From NCBI RefSeq assembly GCF_009914755.1, contig NC_060936.1: a stretch of 64,000 bases of DNA. One strand, 5' to 3'. Every line of letters begins with the position of its first letter. The first letter of the stretch is position 1. A model generated the notes under the pieces. The model was not told where the DNA came from and searched no databases. It was given only the letters and a program-made list of their open reading frames with translations. Below are positions 1-18,745 of this stretch, one piece after another. The position numbers were made by a program, and so were the translations under genes. Origin of the DNA: the human T2T-CHM13v2.0 reference genome, Homo sapiens.

Positions 1-1787
1 ATCTATAAATCTGTGTATATATTATATTAATTTTATTGATTAAAATCATTATAAATTATTTGAAGGATGAATATGGAATCTTTGCTCTTAGAGGAATTAG
101 AGAATGAAAGGAAGAAAGAAGAATGAAGAGAGAGAGAGAGAGAAAGGGAGAAAAGGTGAATCCATTGAGTTAGATTAGTAAATAATTAAGAGTGGTTAAA
201 ACAACAATGTTCACACATTTTTAATTTAAGACTGTTCGATCCTTTTAAAATTCATTTGAATCTGCAATTATTTAAGCTGTGAGCTGTGCACTGAAGAGAG
301 AGTAAAACTATAGATTTTAAGATTGTAGCTGGAGGTAATATATAAATCCAATTGATTGGTCTGGCAGAGAATTGATGCCACAATTTGTACCCAGTGGCAT
401 TTTCTCTCTCTTACTCAACTGGCTTTAGAACATTATCAGAAAGTCAATATGATATGCCAATATAGTGATATACGTTCAGTCATAAGTCCCTTGTTCAGAT
501 TAAAACTTAGGCACTCACATTGTGGATAATAATGGACAGACAGCCTGACTCCCTGTCACTCTGTGTCACTCAGAGAGAACTTGACTTAACTTTACTGCAG
601 GTTACCATACAGTTTTTAGTGTTCCCAAGAGACAGTCAAACCAGTAACAAAGGACGTCTGTCTCTTCAGGACAAAACAAAATTGAAAGAAAGGATAATAT
701 ATACCTAGAGCTGCAGTCTGACTGCAGAGCATTCTCTAGCAGCCTCCTGTCTCCATCAGCTTTTCCTGATGTTCTGATCAAGTTACCTTTAAAATTCACT
801 CTTGATTTCATGTTTTGATTCTCTTTCTCTTTTAATTTATTAATGCGTTTACTACCTCAGCATTATCTTTACAGCTCATTCCCTTCCAAGCTTGCTCATT
901 CCCATAAAACTATTGAGAAAGTTTTACTGTCTTTCAATTCCTTGTATTGTAATTTAATTCTCAAGGTTATTCTATGTCACAAAGGTTTTTATTTTCTTAA
1001 TAGTGCAAAGCTCTGTGAGAGGACCCATATACCATGTATTTTATCTTCAGCAAATATATTCAACTTATTGGCATGTTTCAGGCAGAGTATTTAACTAATG
1101 TTCAGTACTGTTATCAGAAGTTGTGATTTCATAAACTGTTATGCAGTACATTTGTCACAGCTCCCATGTAAGCTTAGTTAAGGCAACATTCTATAGCATG
1201 TGGTGCTTATCAGGTCTACAATGAAGATGACAATTATTTCTGCAATAAATTGTTAAGGCACAACTAGTCCAGATATTTATCAGTGATCGTTCATTTAGGA
1301 TTTCTTTAATTTTGGACATTAGACAGGCAACATAATGCTTAATTATAGAATAAAAATTTTATTCAGTTTACTGTGTAGTTAAGTTTTGCATAGTTACTCA
1401 TTTGTACATTTCATTTTAAAACATGTGCTGAATGCCTTTTATGTAATCAGCCTCTTGCACTGTGTGCTAGAATGCAGCTGGGGAATGAAGACACATGGGA
1501 TGTATACTCAAGTGTGGAAAACACTTAGTTCTCAAACATAAATATATGAAGATGAATGTTGGACTGGGATAGGGTAAAAAACAGAGTGGTCATGAAAGAC
1601 ATCCCTGCAAAAGTGGTATTTGAGTGGAGACACGAAGGAGGAAAGATGTGAACTGTGTGGACATGTGGGAAAATGGCATTCCAGACAGAAAGAAAACCAT
1701 CTACAAGTCCTGGAAGTTGGGGCATGGCACAGGTTCAAGGAAGAGCAGGGAAACTCACGCATCAGGAAAGAGGGGAAAGAGGGGTGC

Positions 1788-2095
1788 ATCTTTAGGTGCG
1801 ATTCCCCTGAGCTGTGGATTCTTGTGCAAACGATTTATTAAGAAGCTGATAAGGAGGACGGGGAAGCAGAAAAGCTAAACAAAAGTGCAAGTTCAGGGGA
1901 AATCAACACCTCATCCTAATTCTTTGGGTGTTCTGTAATATAAATTACATTGCAAATTCTGTACCGCTTTAAGGTAAGAGAGATGAGCTTTCACACTTCT
2001 GCAGCAGTCAGGCATTGGCACTTCTGAACACAAGGTAGCGCTCTGAAGAAGGTCGTAAGTGGAAAGCACACAGAAGCTATGAGAATGGGTACACA
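1788..2095 (-). mobile_element. Old ERVL-type solo LTR relic (LTR16/LTR33-like)
   Basis: GGATTCTTGTGCAAACGATTTATT is the antisense of the LTR16/33 AATAAA...GCACAAGAATCC end; boundaries approximate. Confidence 0.5.
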
Positions 2096-2390
2096 GAACC
2101 CGAAATAATTTCCCAGGAGATAAGAGAACATGGAATCAGAATACCAGTGCTCATTAATATTCAGCCACCCTTGCATTTAGATGTAGCCAATATATTTATG
2201 TTGTAAGTAGATTCCTTTGGTTACAATGAAAATAAAAGACCACAGGAGAATAAGTGATAAATCAACAAGACCAGTTAGGATGCTATTGCAGTATTTTTGG
2301 AAAGAAAAACTAGTAAGACTAGAACAGTGAGATATGGAAACAGAACTACTTTTTCTGCAACAGGTTGCTGGCAGAACACAGGTGTCTTGA

Positions 2391-3262
<872 letters not shown>

Positions 3263-5604
3263 TTACTTTACTGAAGAGTGGGAAGCCCAGGTACACCAAG
3301 AGAACCAGCAGTGTGAAGAGAAGTGAAATGTTATGCCTGACACTGTAACACTGTAAGGATTGTTCCAAATACTAGTTGCACTGCTCTATTTATAGTTGTT
3401 AGTATTAGACAAACAGTAGACAAATGCAGCAGCAAGTCAATGGTATTAGCGGAATATTGTCCTCGTTGCATGTGTAGTTTGAGTACAGATTCCAAACCTA
3501 TGGCTGAGTTTCTTCCAGTATGATCAAAAGTTTCTTTGAATAAAACTGAACTGTAGGTTCTCTGTAAGTGGAATTTTGGCCTTTCCCTCTTTTTTGTAAA
3601 GCAATGTCTGCCTAGTTTATTGTCCAGTTAACTTTAGTGACCTTTTAAAAGTTGGCACTGTAAATAAACCAGCTTGCAAAAAAAGTTTTCTGGACTAGAA
3701 TTAACAAAATGTTATTTTTATTCATGAGTTGGAAACTGGAAAAAGGCTTCTTGAAGTAAATGTTCTGAGTGGAGTTACTAGAATGTCTTCCAACCTCCTG
3801 CAGTCAAGGAGAACCACTGTATTGATTAACCTGTATGTAGCAGGGCTCCCTTCATTGCATCTGAGGACTTGTTTTCTCTTTCTTTAATTTTATTTTTAAT
3901 CCTCTTGGCTTTAAATATATTGCCTAGAGACTCAGTTACTACCCAGTTTATGGTTTTTTTGGGGAAATGTAACTGGACAGTTTGTTAGCTTTTCAATTAA
4001 AAAGACACTTCACCTATGGAAAAAAAAAAGAGGGAGAGAAAACTACCTCTAAAAGCCAAAATGGGAAAGGAAAAGACTAATATCAACATTGTCATCACTG
4101 GACAAGTAGGTTCAGGCAAGTCCACCACTACTGGCCATCTGATCTACAAATGCATTGACGTCGACAAAAGAACCATTCAAAAATTTGAGAAGGAGGCTGC
4201 TTAGATGGGAAAGGGCTCCTTCAAGTATGCTTGGGTCTTGGATAAACTGAAAGCTAAACATGAACCTGGTATCACCATTGGTATCTCCCTGTAGAAATTT
4301 GAGACCAGTAAGTACTACGTGAGTATCATTGATGCCCCAGGACACAGAGACTTCATCAAAAACATGATTACAGGGACATCTCAGGCTGACTGTGCTGTCC
4401 TGATTGTTGCTGCTGGTGTTGGTGAATTTGAAGCTGGTATCTCCAAGAATGGACAGACCCATGAGCATGCCCTTCTGGCTTACACACTAGGTGTGAAACA
4501 ACTAATTGTTGGTGTTAACAAAATGGATTCCACTGAGCAACCCTACAGCCAGAAGACATATGAGGAAATCGTTAAAGAAGTCAACACTTACATTATGAAA
4601 ATTGGCTGCAACCTTGACACAGCAGCATTTGTGCTTATTTCTGGTTGAAATGGTGACAACATACTGTAGCCAAGTGCTAACATGCCTTGGTTTAAGGGAC
4701 TGAAAGTCACCTGTAAGGATGGCAATACCAGTGGAACCTCACTGCTTGAGGCTCTGGACTGCATCCTACCACCAACTCATCCAACTAACAAGCCCTTTCA
4801 CCTGCTTCTCTAGGATATCTACAAAAATTGGTGGTATTGGTACTGTTTCTGTTGGCTGAGTAGAGACTGGTGTTCTCAAACCCTGTATGGTGCTCCAGTC
4901 AATGTTACAACTGAAGTAAAGTCTGTTGAAATACACCATGAAGCTTTGAGTGAAGCTCTTCCTGGGGACAATGTGGGCTTCAATGTCAAGAACGTGTCTG
5001 TCAAGGATGTTCGTCATGGCAACAATGCTGGTGACAGCAAAAACGACCCACCAATGGAAGCAGCTGGCTTCACTGCTCAGGTGATTATCCTGAACCATCC
5101 AGGCCAAATAAGTGCTGGCTATGCCCTTGTACTGGATTGTCACACGGCTCACACTGCATGCAAGTTTGCTGAGCTGAAGGAAAAGATTGATCGCTGTTCT
5201 GGTAAAAAGCTGGAAGACGGCCCTAAATTCTTGAAGTCTGGTGATGCTGCCATCATTTATATGGTTCCTGGCAAGCCCATGTGTGTAGAGAGCTTCTCAG
5301 ACTATCCACCTCTGGGTCACTTTGCTGTTGGTCATATGAGACAGACAGTTGCCATGGGTATCATCAAAGCAGAGGACAGGAAGGCTGCTGGAGTTGGCAA
5401 GGTCACTAAGTCTGCCCAGAAAGCTCCAAAGCCTAGTGAATATTATCCCTTGTACCTGCCACCCCAGTCTTAATCAGTGGTGAAAGAACTGTCTCAGAAC
5501 TGTTTGTTTCCATTGGCCATTTAAGTTTAATAGTAAAAGAATGGTTTAATGATTACAATGCATCGTAAAACCGTCAGAAGGAGAGGAGAATGTTTTGTGG
5601 ACCA

Positions 5605-5607
5605 TGT

Positions 5608-5642
<35 letters not shown>
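5605..5642. repeat. (TG)n microsatellite within the EEF1A1 3' UTR copy
   Basis: Directly visible. Confidence 0.95.
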
Positions 5643-5643
<1 letters not shown>

Positions 5644-5680
5644 CAGTTTTAAGTTATTAGTTTTTAAAATCAGTACTTTT

Positions 5681-5970
<290 letters not shown>

Positions 5971-6149
5971 TAAAATCAGTACTTTTTTAATGGAAACAAC
6001 TTGATGAAAAATCTGTCACAGAATTTTGAGACCCATTAGAACAAAGTTTAAGAGGAAAAAAAAAGAAATCAGAACTAACAAGATTTGCTTATGGACTTCA
6101 AAATTAATTCTCTATTTTTAATCAGTATGTTTCTTTCTCTCTGTTTCAG

Positions 6150-6150
<1 letters not shown>

Positions 6151-6193
<43 letters not shown>
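6151..6193. repeat. (CT)n microsatellite
   Basis: Directly visible. Confidence 0.95.
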
Positions 6194-6197
<4 letters not shown>

Positions 6198-7856
6198 TTC
6201 TCTAACTCCCTCTCTCACCATATTTCTACTAATCCTTTCTTGGTATAAAGGGTAATTGTTCAAATTAGGTCAAATTTTTACTATTATCTGTCTGTAATAT
6301 CTCAACACTCATATTTTATTTGAGAAGTTATTAACTATTTGAAAGATACTGATTGCCTGTAATGCATTCAGCTATCTGCTTACCACCAAATATTATCTTT
6401 ACTCTTACTTGTCCCAGTTTACTCTTGATTTCTTTCTTATCCCTCCCTTTGCCGTTAATATTTTCTACATATGCCAAAACGGTGAGATTTTTAAATGTTT
6501 CTTCTTTTTAAGGAAAATTGACTTCTGTCTTGGGTCCAAACAAAAAAAAAAAACCTTCTTCAGCAATTAAGTGTTCACTACAGTCCAATACAAGACAGAA
6601 AACAATTACTTAGATAAACAAAGAAAGTATATGCCTACATCAACATATAAACAGAATAAATAGAAAAATAGATGGTAAATATTTATTCTGTTCATCTATA
6701 TCAAGAATACATATCAAAATAATCATTATCATTATGCTTTCTGTTGAGTCTCTAATGAGGCAATGAACTGTGTCTTTCATTGCCTTAATGTAAATGTTTT
6801 AATTATCTTATTGGAATAGTAGAAGATAAATCTTCTTTAATTTGGTTTTCCATTTTTCTACTTTGATTGCTTGTTAGAAAATAAATGTGAAGGCAAAATA
6901 CGTGTATACATGTGAGATCACTACCCAACAAGCCTGCAGCAGATGACGTCTGACTTTTAGCCACAAATATCCTGTGCAAAATTATCAATGTTTCAAATTT
7001 CTTATGTATGGAATATCAAATATCACAGTTTACCTTTATAAATTGTCTTAAAAGAACAATTGGTAGTTGAAATGGGTTGCAAGAAACAAGAAAGAAACTT
7101 TTCCAACCCTCAAAGCACACCTGATACTACAACCATCTTCTTTCAGAAATTTGCAGCACTATTGTATAAGATTTGCTGAGTCTCTCTAAACATCACTATT
7201 TCTCTATCTCCTCACCTTTAAAGATGTTCACAGTGGCAAAAACATTAAGGAGAATTTTTATTCCTAAAAATTATCCGATACTTGTCACCATTATAATAAT
7301 ACTATTTCCTCCTTTCAAAATGCATTAAAATTATTAAAAGTTACTGCGATTTTAAGAAACTATCTCTCCGCATCCCAAATCCAAAGTCAATTACATTTAG
7401 AGCAAGGTGTGTATGATATTGCTTTGAGTTACACCAACATTTAAATTTTCTCCTCAAAAATATTTTAGTCCTATTATCTTCATTTTATACTTAGAAATGT
7501 ATTGTGTTGAATAAATAATATTTGGTAATAAAACATATCTGTTTTCATACATCTAAATAAACAAGCAGTTTGGCATGAGAATTAAAGAGTTTAAAATGCA
7601 CATATATTTCCATGTTTGTACATAAGTACTTAATGAGGATCTTTTCTAATAATTGCTTAACAGAAACATAGTTCCTCCATGCAAGGAAAACTGTTACCCT
7701 ATTGGAGATGTGTAATTTTGTCTACCTCACTGCATTTAAGAATAGAACTATGTATGCTGAGTTGAGCTGATACCCCAAATGTAAACAAAATGGAAAAGAA
7801 ACAGTTGTTTAGTATTGTCTAGAAATATGTAAATTTATTTTTATGAAAAAAGAACA

Positions 7857-8017
7857 ACACAGAAACAGAAAACCAAATACCACATTTTTTTCTTATAAGT
7901 GGAAGTGAAATGATGAGAACATATGGACACATAAAGGGGAACAACACACAGTGGGGCCTTTCAGAAGGTGGAGGGTGGGAGGAGGGAGAATCAGGAAAAA
8001 TAACTAATGGCTACTAG
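7857..8017 (+). mobile_element. LINE-1 3' end fragment (older L1PA/L1PB)
   Basis: AAAACCAAATACCAC...GATGAGAACATATGGACACATAAAGGGGAACAACACAC...GGAGGGTGGGAGGAGGGAG is typical of an L1 3' UTR. Confidence 0.75.
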
Positions 8018-9048
8018 TTATTAGAATGTATCTCTCAAAAGGCAGAGAGAAAAAAGAGGTAGGGTGGCTTAACTCACAGCTCTGTTATCCTTACATGTGG
8101 TTTCATTATACATTGTAGAGGCCTTAAACGTTACATTCAAATTTCCTGTTTGCTACGTGCCTCCCCTACCAAAGCATGAAGGACTTGAGATCCAAAATTT
8201 ATTTTCATATGTGTTTTCCAATACATAATACAGTTACTAGCGCATAGCTGACACTCAACTAATATTTGTTAACTGAATAATAACATTCTAAAGAAACTAG
8301 CCTAAAAGACAAAAAACTCTAGCAAATAATATATAATAATAAATTTATTATCAATATGGTAATAAATATTTTCTTGAAAAGAAGGACATATGTGAAATAA
8401 AGCATCTCTGAGAGAGAACAGGCTTCCAGGTCACTAAAAAATGTGTTGTCAGTTTTTCTTAAGAAAAACAAAAATAGCTTACTACTGGTAAATATTTTGT
8501 AGTTTTCTACAGTTAATTTATGTTTTAGTTTTGCCACTGGGATCAATTTATTCTCCAGAGTTAATGATTAAGTAAGTTTTACAAGATTTAGAATATTTCT
8601 ACAACTAGAATTTTTCCTTTATGTTTGACATAAAGAAAAGGGCATTGCCCTCAGAATGTAACTGATACTTTTGATAGTACCAATGGTCTAGTTTTATCTC
8701 CTGTTATTCTACTTCTTTATCTGCATGGTGTCATATACAAAGAAAGTTTCTAGGGCCAGGGACACAGACTTAAAAAACTTGGATGGGGAGAGTAGTCAAA
8801 AAAGTTTGAAGGATGAAGTGCGTTCTTAATAGGGCAAGTTGAGGTGAATCCATAGTTTCATACATGGATAGATTGGGGTCAACATAATAGTAGCTGAAAT
8901 CTGTGCAACTATTGAACAAAAAGAAATGACATATAGTACCAAAATAAGGACGGTTTTATTCCTCAGTGAGGGTGAGAGTGCAGGAAAAAAAAATGAATTC
9001 CCTTTGGAGATAAACCTTGTGTAACAAATGCATAGATGATGGTTTGAT

Positions 9049-9470
9049 TGTATTTTAGCTTGAGTTCCCCTGAAAGCAGAGTCTGATTTATTTCCAGATG
9101 GCATTTAGAAGGTAACACTAAAGAGCAGGAGAGTCAAAAGAGAGATGAGAATAAAGGAAGGAAGAAAAGTTCATCAAGTTGACCAGTGTGGGCAACTGGT
9201 GCTTGAGCTCACTCTAAACAAGAGTATAGCATGCCTTTTAGAACTGTCCACCCAAAGGACAGGAGGCAGAGCTCAAGTTCACCACTGGTTGAGGGCCATC
9301 CCATCAATTCCCCCACACTTATAAGCTATTCAAGTATGTGTAAAAAGACTTCAATGCAGAAAGCTAAGATGCCAACAGTTGAGGAAAAACATTGTTAGTG
9401 AAAAGTGAGTAGAACCTGCGCAAAAGTGTCCAGGGTTGCCCGATAGTGGGCCAGAGCATCAGATACATCA
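9049..9470 (-). mobile_element. Old ERVL solo LTR relic (LTR33-like)
   Basis: TGTATTTTAGCTTGAGTTCCCCTGAAAGCAGAGTCTGA start resembles an antisense LTR33/16 terminus; boundaries approximate. Confidence 0.45.
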
Positions 9471-10656
9471 GACACCAATAGTGATGCCAATGGCTCAGGG
9501 CTTATTGATGAATGGAATCCAAGATGCTTTAGTTTGTATTTCAACTTCTCAGAATCTCTGATGAATTTCTTATTACATCCCCTGAGACTGTACACACGTA
9601 GCTGTCTGGTGGCAGATGCAAGAATATGACAACCCGTTTGTTTCTGTATAGTTTCTATCAGAGGTTAAAAATAGGCAAATGGTTGCTTTGAGAAAATTAC
9701 TCAGTTAATGTTTCATTCCAAGTTAATCTTAAGGGAGGTTTGTTTATTTTTGAAGTGTTTTCTTAAATACTCATATCTCAAGTTTCCTAAGTTTAAGGTT
9801 TGTGAATAAAGCTGCTGACATTTTGTGAGAGGTAAATGACTGACTCCTCAACATTTTATAAAGCAACTATTTTCACCATCTTTTTGATATATTACTATTT
9901 AACTATAAGATTGAAATCTCAGAATAATCTCACGCCTGGGAGATTCCCATAAGAAGTTATATATTCTCTGTGTCTCTAGTAGGCTACCTTGACCTTTCAT
10001 GTTTTAAACTGCAGCCCTTTTCCATCATTAGATTTTAAAGTTTTCAAAAATCTAGGGAGAAAGGGTTTTCTTTCTCATCCTCCCTTACATTGCCTCTGGG
10101 CTGGGGAAGAAAGTAGGTAAAACAAAAGATTTTTGTTTGCCTTGAACCCAAAAGAAGTTCAAATGGAAGCCTCAAGTGCAATGACCTTAATGACTATTGC
10201 TCTTTTATCATAACGGTATACTTAATAGTTCATAGAATATTCAGTTCAGCAGGGCACAATTTGAAACTTCAGAAAGAGGACATATCTCTGTAGGGAAACT
10301 TACCTTTCCAATGGGGGTAATTCCTTTGTGTCTAAGGTTTCGGCAGATTGCAAGGGGGAAAAGCAATGTTTGAGGATATTTTAAAGATGACCTAATGATA
10401 TACAGTGAAATAAAGTCTACATCCTCTAATTTGTCCATATCAACCTGAATCAAACTGGGGTAACTGACAATTCAATTTTTTTCATGAATTAATTTGTCCA
10501 TGTCATTGCAAACCTAGTTAGCAAATACACTGAAATACCAATAAGATAATATCAATATAACATTTTAGACAAATTGAAGCAGTAACTACTGACCATGATA
10601 TTATATGAGCACAATATTGTATGTGTGTGTTTGTAGGCTCCTGCAAACATACATGA

Positions 10657-10699
10657 GTGTGTGTGTGTGTGTGTGTGTGTGTGTCTGTGTGTGTGTGTG
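10657..10699. repeat. (TG)n microsatellite
   Basis: Directly visible. Confidence 0.9.
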
Positions 10700-10709
10700 G
10701 TATACATAC

Positions 10710-11635
10710 AAAGCCAATTTATACCATCTAGCAAGAACTCATTGGTAAGTATTTAGGAATCTGGCAATGTGGTTATTAAACTCAGGTACAATTAAAAATG
10801 AAACCATACAAGTTTTTAATTAAATAAAGTAAAAACAAAGTAATTACAAGTACTCAAAATGTTTTACTACATTTTACGGTTATCTATGCTCTTGAGATTT
10901 TTTGGTATTTGTTTATTGCATTGTGGGAGTACTATGGAATGGTAAGGCATACCTCTTTCTAACTCCATTTTCAGTATAGTTGAGTTGATAGCTTGAAACT
11001 GGACAGAATACAAATACATCATGGAAACAGGCAAATGCTAAACTAGGGGAATAGTTTTGTTGACTGACTAAACTTAAAGTAATGGGGAAAATGTTAATAA
11101 TGCAGACTAAATTTAAAAGTGTGCTGTGGATATAGCCATTCCATTGTCAACAACACAAAAAAACGGAGTAAGTATTCTTCCAGCATTTGAAACTATTATC
11201 TGATTCAGCAAAGAAATTGTTGGCATCATTGACAAAAGTGTAGTTTTGACATATGCCTTTATTGATTCGTGTTTGTCTTACTCATGAATGGAAACAATAA
11301 CATTAATCAACATTTATCAGTTGTAATTATAGGCTGGTTAGGCATATGAAAGTTCAGAAAAAATGATGAAAACATTCTATGAAAATTAATTTTCTATATG
11401 GAATTTAAGGCAGCTGTATTGTGTATATACATTGCTATTTATAATTTCTTAATATTACTAACATTTATAATAAAGCATATACATAAATTATATGTGTATA
11501 TTTAAGCATATATGTGTGCATAGAATGACATGTATATAAAACCTAGAGGTATTTATATAGAGATATATTTTTATAATAATAATTATATATAATATGATTT
11601 TTTTAAAATCTTGTCATTAAACATTTACTAGAATG
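10710..11635 (-). mobile_element. hAT-Tip100 DNA transposon relic (MER115/Zaphod-like)
   Basis: TATTCTTCCAGCATTTGAAACTATTATCTGATTCAGCAAAG and the terminal TTAAACATTTACTAG match my recalled consensus in antisense. Confidence 0.6.
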
Positions 11636-12741
11636 GATTATACAACTAGGTAGTTTAATAACCAAAAACTTTATACAGGTTACACAGTTGTTAAAATAAC
11701 CAGTTTACAGGGCAGCCAAGGTGGCTGAATAGGAACAGCTCTGGTCTACAGCTCCTAGCACGAGCGACGCAGAAGATGGGTGATTTCTGCATTTCCATCT
11801 GAGGTACCGGGTTCATCTCACTAGGGACTGCCAGATAGTGGGCGCAGGACAGTGGGTGCAGCGCACCGTGCGCGAGCCAAAGTAGGGTGAGGCATTGCCT
11901 TAGTTGGGGAGCACAAGGGGTCAGGGAGTTCCCTTTCCTAGTCAAAGGAAGGGGTGACAGACAGCACCTGGAAAGTCAGGTCACTCCCACGCTAATACTG
12001 CGATTTTCCAACAGGCTTAAAAAGCGGCGTGCCAGGAGATTATATCCCGCACCTGGCTCGGAGGGTCCTACGCCCACGGAGTCTCACTGATTGCTAGCAG
12101 AGCAGTCTGAGATCAAACTGCAAGGCAGCAGCGAGGCTGGGGGAGGGGCGCCCGCCATTGCCCAGGCTTGCTTCGGTAAACAAAGCAGCCTGGAAGCTCG
12201 AACTGGGTGGAGCCCACCATAGCTCAAGGAGGCCTGTCGGCCTCTGTAGGCTCCACCTCTGGGGGCAGGACACAGACAAACAAAAAGACAGCAGTAACCT
12301 CTGCAGACTTAAATGTCCCTGTCTGACAGCTTTGAAGAGAGCAGTGGTTCTCCCAGCATGCAGCTGGAGATCTGAGAACGAGCAGACTGCCTCCTCAAGT
12401 GGGTCCCTGACCCCTGACTCCTGAGCAGCCTAACTGGGAGGCACCCCCCAGTAGGGGCAGACTGACACCTCACATGGCCGGGTACTCCTCTAAGACAAAA
12501 CTTCCAGAGGAACGATCAGACAGCAGCATTCGCGGTTCACAAAAATCCACTCTTCTGCAGCCACTGCTGCTGATACCCAGGCAAACAGCGTCTGTAGTGG
12601 ACCTCTAGCAAACTCCAACAGACCTGCAGCTGAGGGTCCTGTCTGTTAGAAGGAAAACTAACAAACAGAAAGGACATCCACACCAAAAACCCATCTGTAC
12701 ATCACCATCATCAAAGACCAAAAGTAGAAAAAACCACAAAG

Positions 12742-13757
12742 ATGGGGAAAAAACAGAGCAGAAAAACTGGAAACTCTAAAAAGCAGAGTGCCTCTCCTTC
12801 TCCAAAGGAACGCAGTCTCTCACCAGCAACGGAACAAAGCTGGACGGAGAATGACTTTGACGAGTTGAGAGAAGAAGGCTTCAGACGATCAAACTACACC
12901 GAGCTACAGGAGGAAATTCAAACCAAAGGCAAAGAAGTTAAAAACTTTGAAAAAAATTTAGACGAATGTATAACTAGAATAACCAATACAAAGACGTGCT
13001 TAAAGGAGCTGATGGAGCTGAAAGCCAAGGCTCGAGAACTACGTGAAGAATGCAGAAGCCTCAGGAGCAAATGCGATCAATTGGAAGAAAGGGTATCAGT
13101 GATGGAAGATGAAATGAATGAAATGAAGTGAGAAGGGAAGTTTAGAGAAAAAAGAATAAAAGGAAATGAACAAAGTCTCCAAGAAATATGGACTATGTGA
13201 AAAGACCAAATCTACGTCTGATTAGTGTACCTGAAAGTGATGGGAAGAATGGAACCAAGTTGAAAAACACTCTGCAGGATATTACCCAGGAGAACTTCCC
13301 CAATCTAGCAAGGCAGGCCAACATTCAGATTCAGGAAATACAGAGAACGCCACAAAGATACTCCTCAAGAAGAGCAACTCCAAGACACATAATTGTCAGA
13401 TTCACCAAAGTTGAAATGAAGGAAAAAATGTTAAGGGCAGCCAGAGAGAAAGGTCGGGTTATCCACAAAGGGAAGCCCACCAGACTAACAGCGGATCTCT
13501 CGGAAGAAACTCTACAAGCCAGAAGACAGTGGGGGCCAATTTTCAACATTCTTAAAGAAAAGAATTTTCAACCCAGAATTTCATATCCAGCCAAACTAAG
13601 CTTCATAAGCGAAGGAGAAATAAAATACTTTACAGACAAGCAAATGCTGAGAGATTTTGTCACCACCAGGCCTGCCCTACAAGAGCTCCTGAAGGAAGCA
13701 CTAAACATGGAAAGGAACAACCGGTACCAGCCACTGCAAAATCATGCCAAAATGTAA
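12742..13757 (+). pseudogene. L1 ORF1p, disrupted
   Basis: MGKKQSRKTGNSK...NRYQPLQNHAKM; CGA>TGA stop at 13129-13131 and a 1-bp deletion near 13190. Confidence 0.95.
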
Positions 13758-13820
13758 ACACCATCAAGACTAGGGAGAAACTGCATCAACTAACGGGCAA
13801 AATAACCAGCTAACATCATA

Positions 13821-17649
<3,829 letters not shown>

Positions 17650-18745
17650 ACAATGAGAACACATAGAGACAGGAAGGGGAACATCACACTCTGGGGACTG
17701 TTGTGGGGTGGGGGAAGGGGCGAGGGATAGCATTAGGAGATTTACCTAATGCTAAATGACGAGTTAATGGTTGCAGCACACCAGCATGAGACATGTATAC
17801 ATATGTAACTAACCTGCACAATGTGCACATGTACCCTAAAACTTAAAGTATAATAATAATAAAATAAATAAAATAAAATAAAATAAAAATAATAAAAAAA
17901 AACAGTTTACTCAGAGCTTTGGAAAACTTTTCTCCTTTATACATTAGAATTAAGACAAAATAAAAATATGAATCAAATTTTTAGCAAAATTGTATTGAGA
18001 TAAAGCTTATAATTTAAGCCATAAACAGAATAATCTTAAGTGCAAGATTTGTAGTATTCATACCAATGTAACATAAATGATTATTTACTTGAAAACACCT
18101 GCTTTTGCAGAATCAAAAATTTCCAGATAATGTAGGAATGATTCTTATTTCAAAATATTTTAATGTTAGAAAGTATGACAAAGTGAATAAAAAATACCAC
18201 AAAAAGAATATAAAGTTTTAAATAAATAATCGAGTGGCAATAGTACCTGAGAGGTAAAGCATATTTTTGTAATGAGCTATGCCAATTACATATAATGCAA
18301 GTTCTTTACTTTGTTTCAAAATACACAGAAAAAGTGTAACAACTACTTTTAATATACTATTCACTTGGCAATAGGATTTGAGCTCTTTAAAATTTACTAG
18401 GAAAAAAATCTAAATTTATGGTAAGAAAAAAGCCTCTAACACATTTTCTAGCACATTTTATTTATAAATACCTACACATTATAATACGATTAAACCCTTT
18501 ATTATAATGTGTCTCTTAATAATTCAGTTCATCCATAATCACTCTTCCAAGCTAGACATTTTGATCTCAATATTTATAGGATGAACATCTTTCTACTACC
18601 AACTTAAACTTTTTTACTTCCTTAAAACCTAGAGAAAAACCTGTGATCTTCTTGCTCTTATTCCTGAATAAGCCTGGACCAGTCTACCGTCTGGGTTTAT
18701 ATTGTCGTTCCCAGCACATTTGTAGGTATGTTGAATATACAATCG

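Noticed and set aside
4016-5473. eEF1A ORF fragments as a functional gene
   Set aside because: Multiple in-frame stops and frameshifts, and the P-loop is altered (GQVGSGKS instead of GHVDSGKS).
12084-12158. L1 antisense ORF0
   Set aside because: The start MAGAPPPASLLPCSLISD is present on the minus strand but a CGA>TGA stop ends it after 24 codons.
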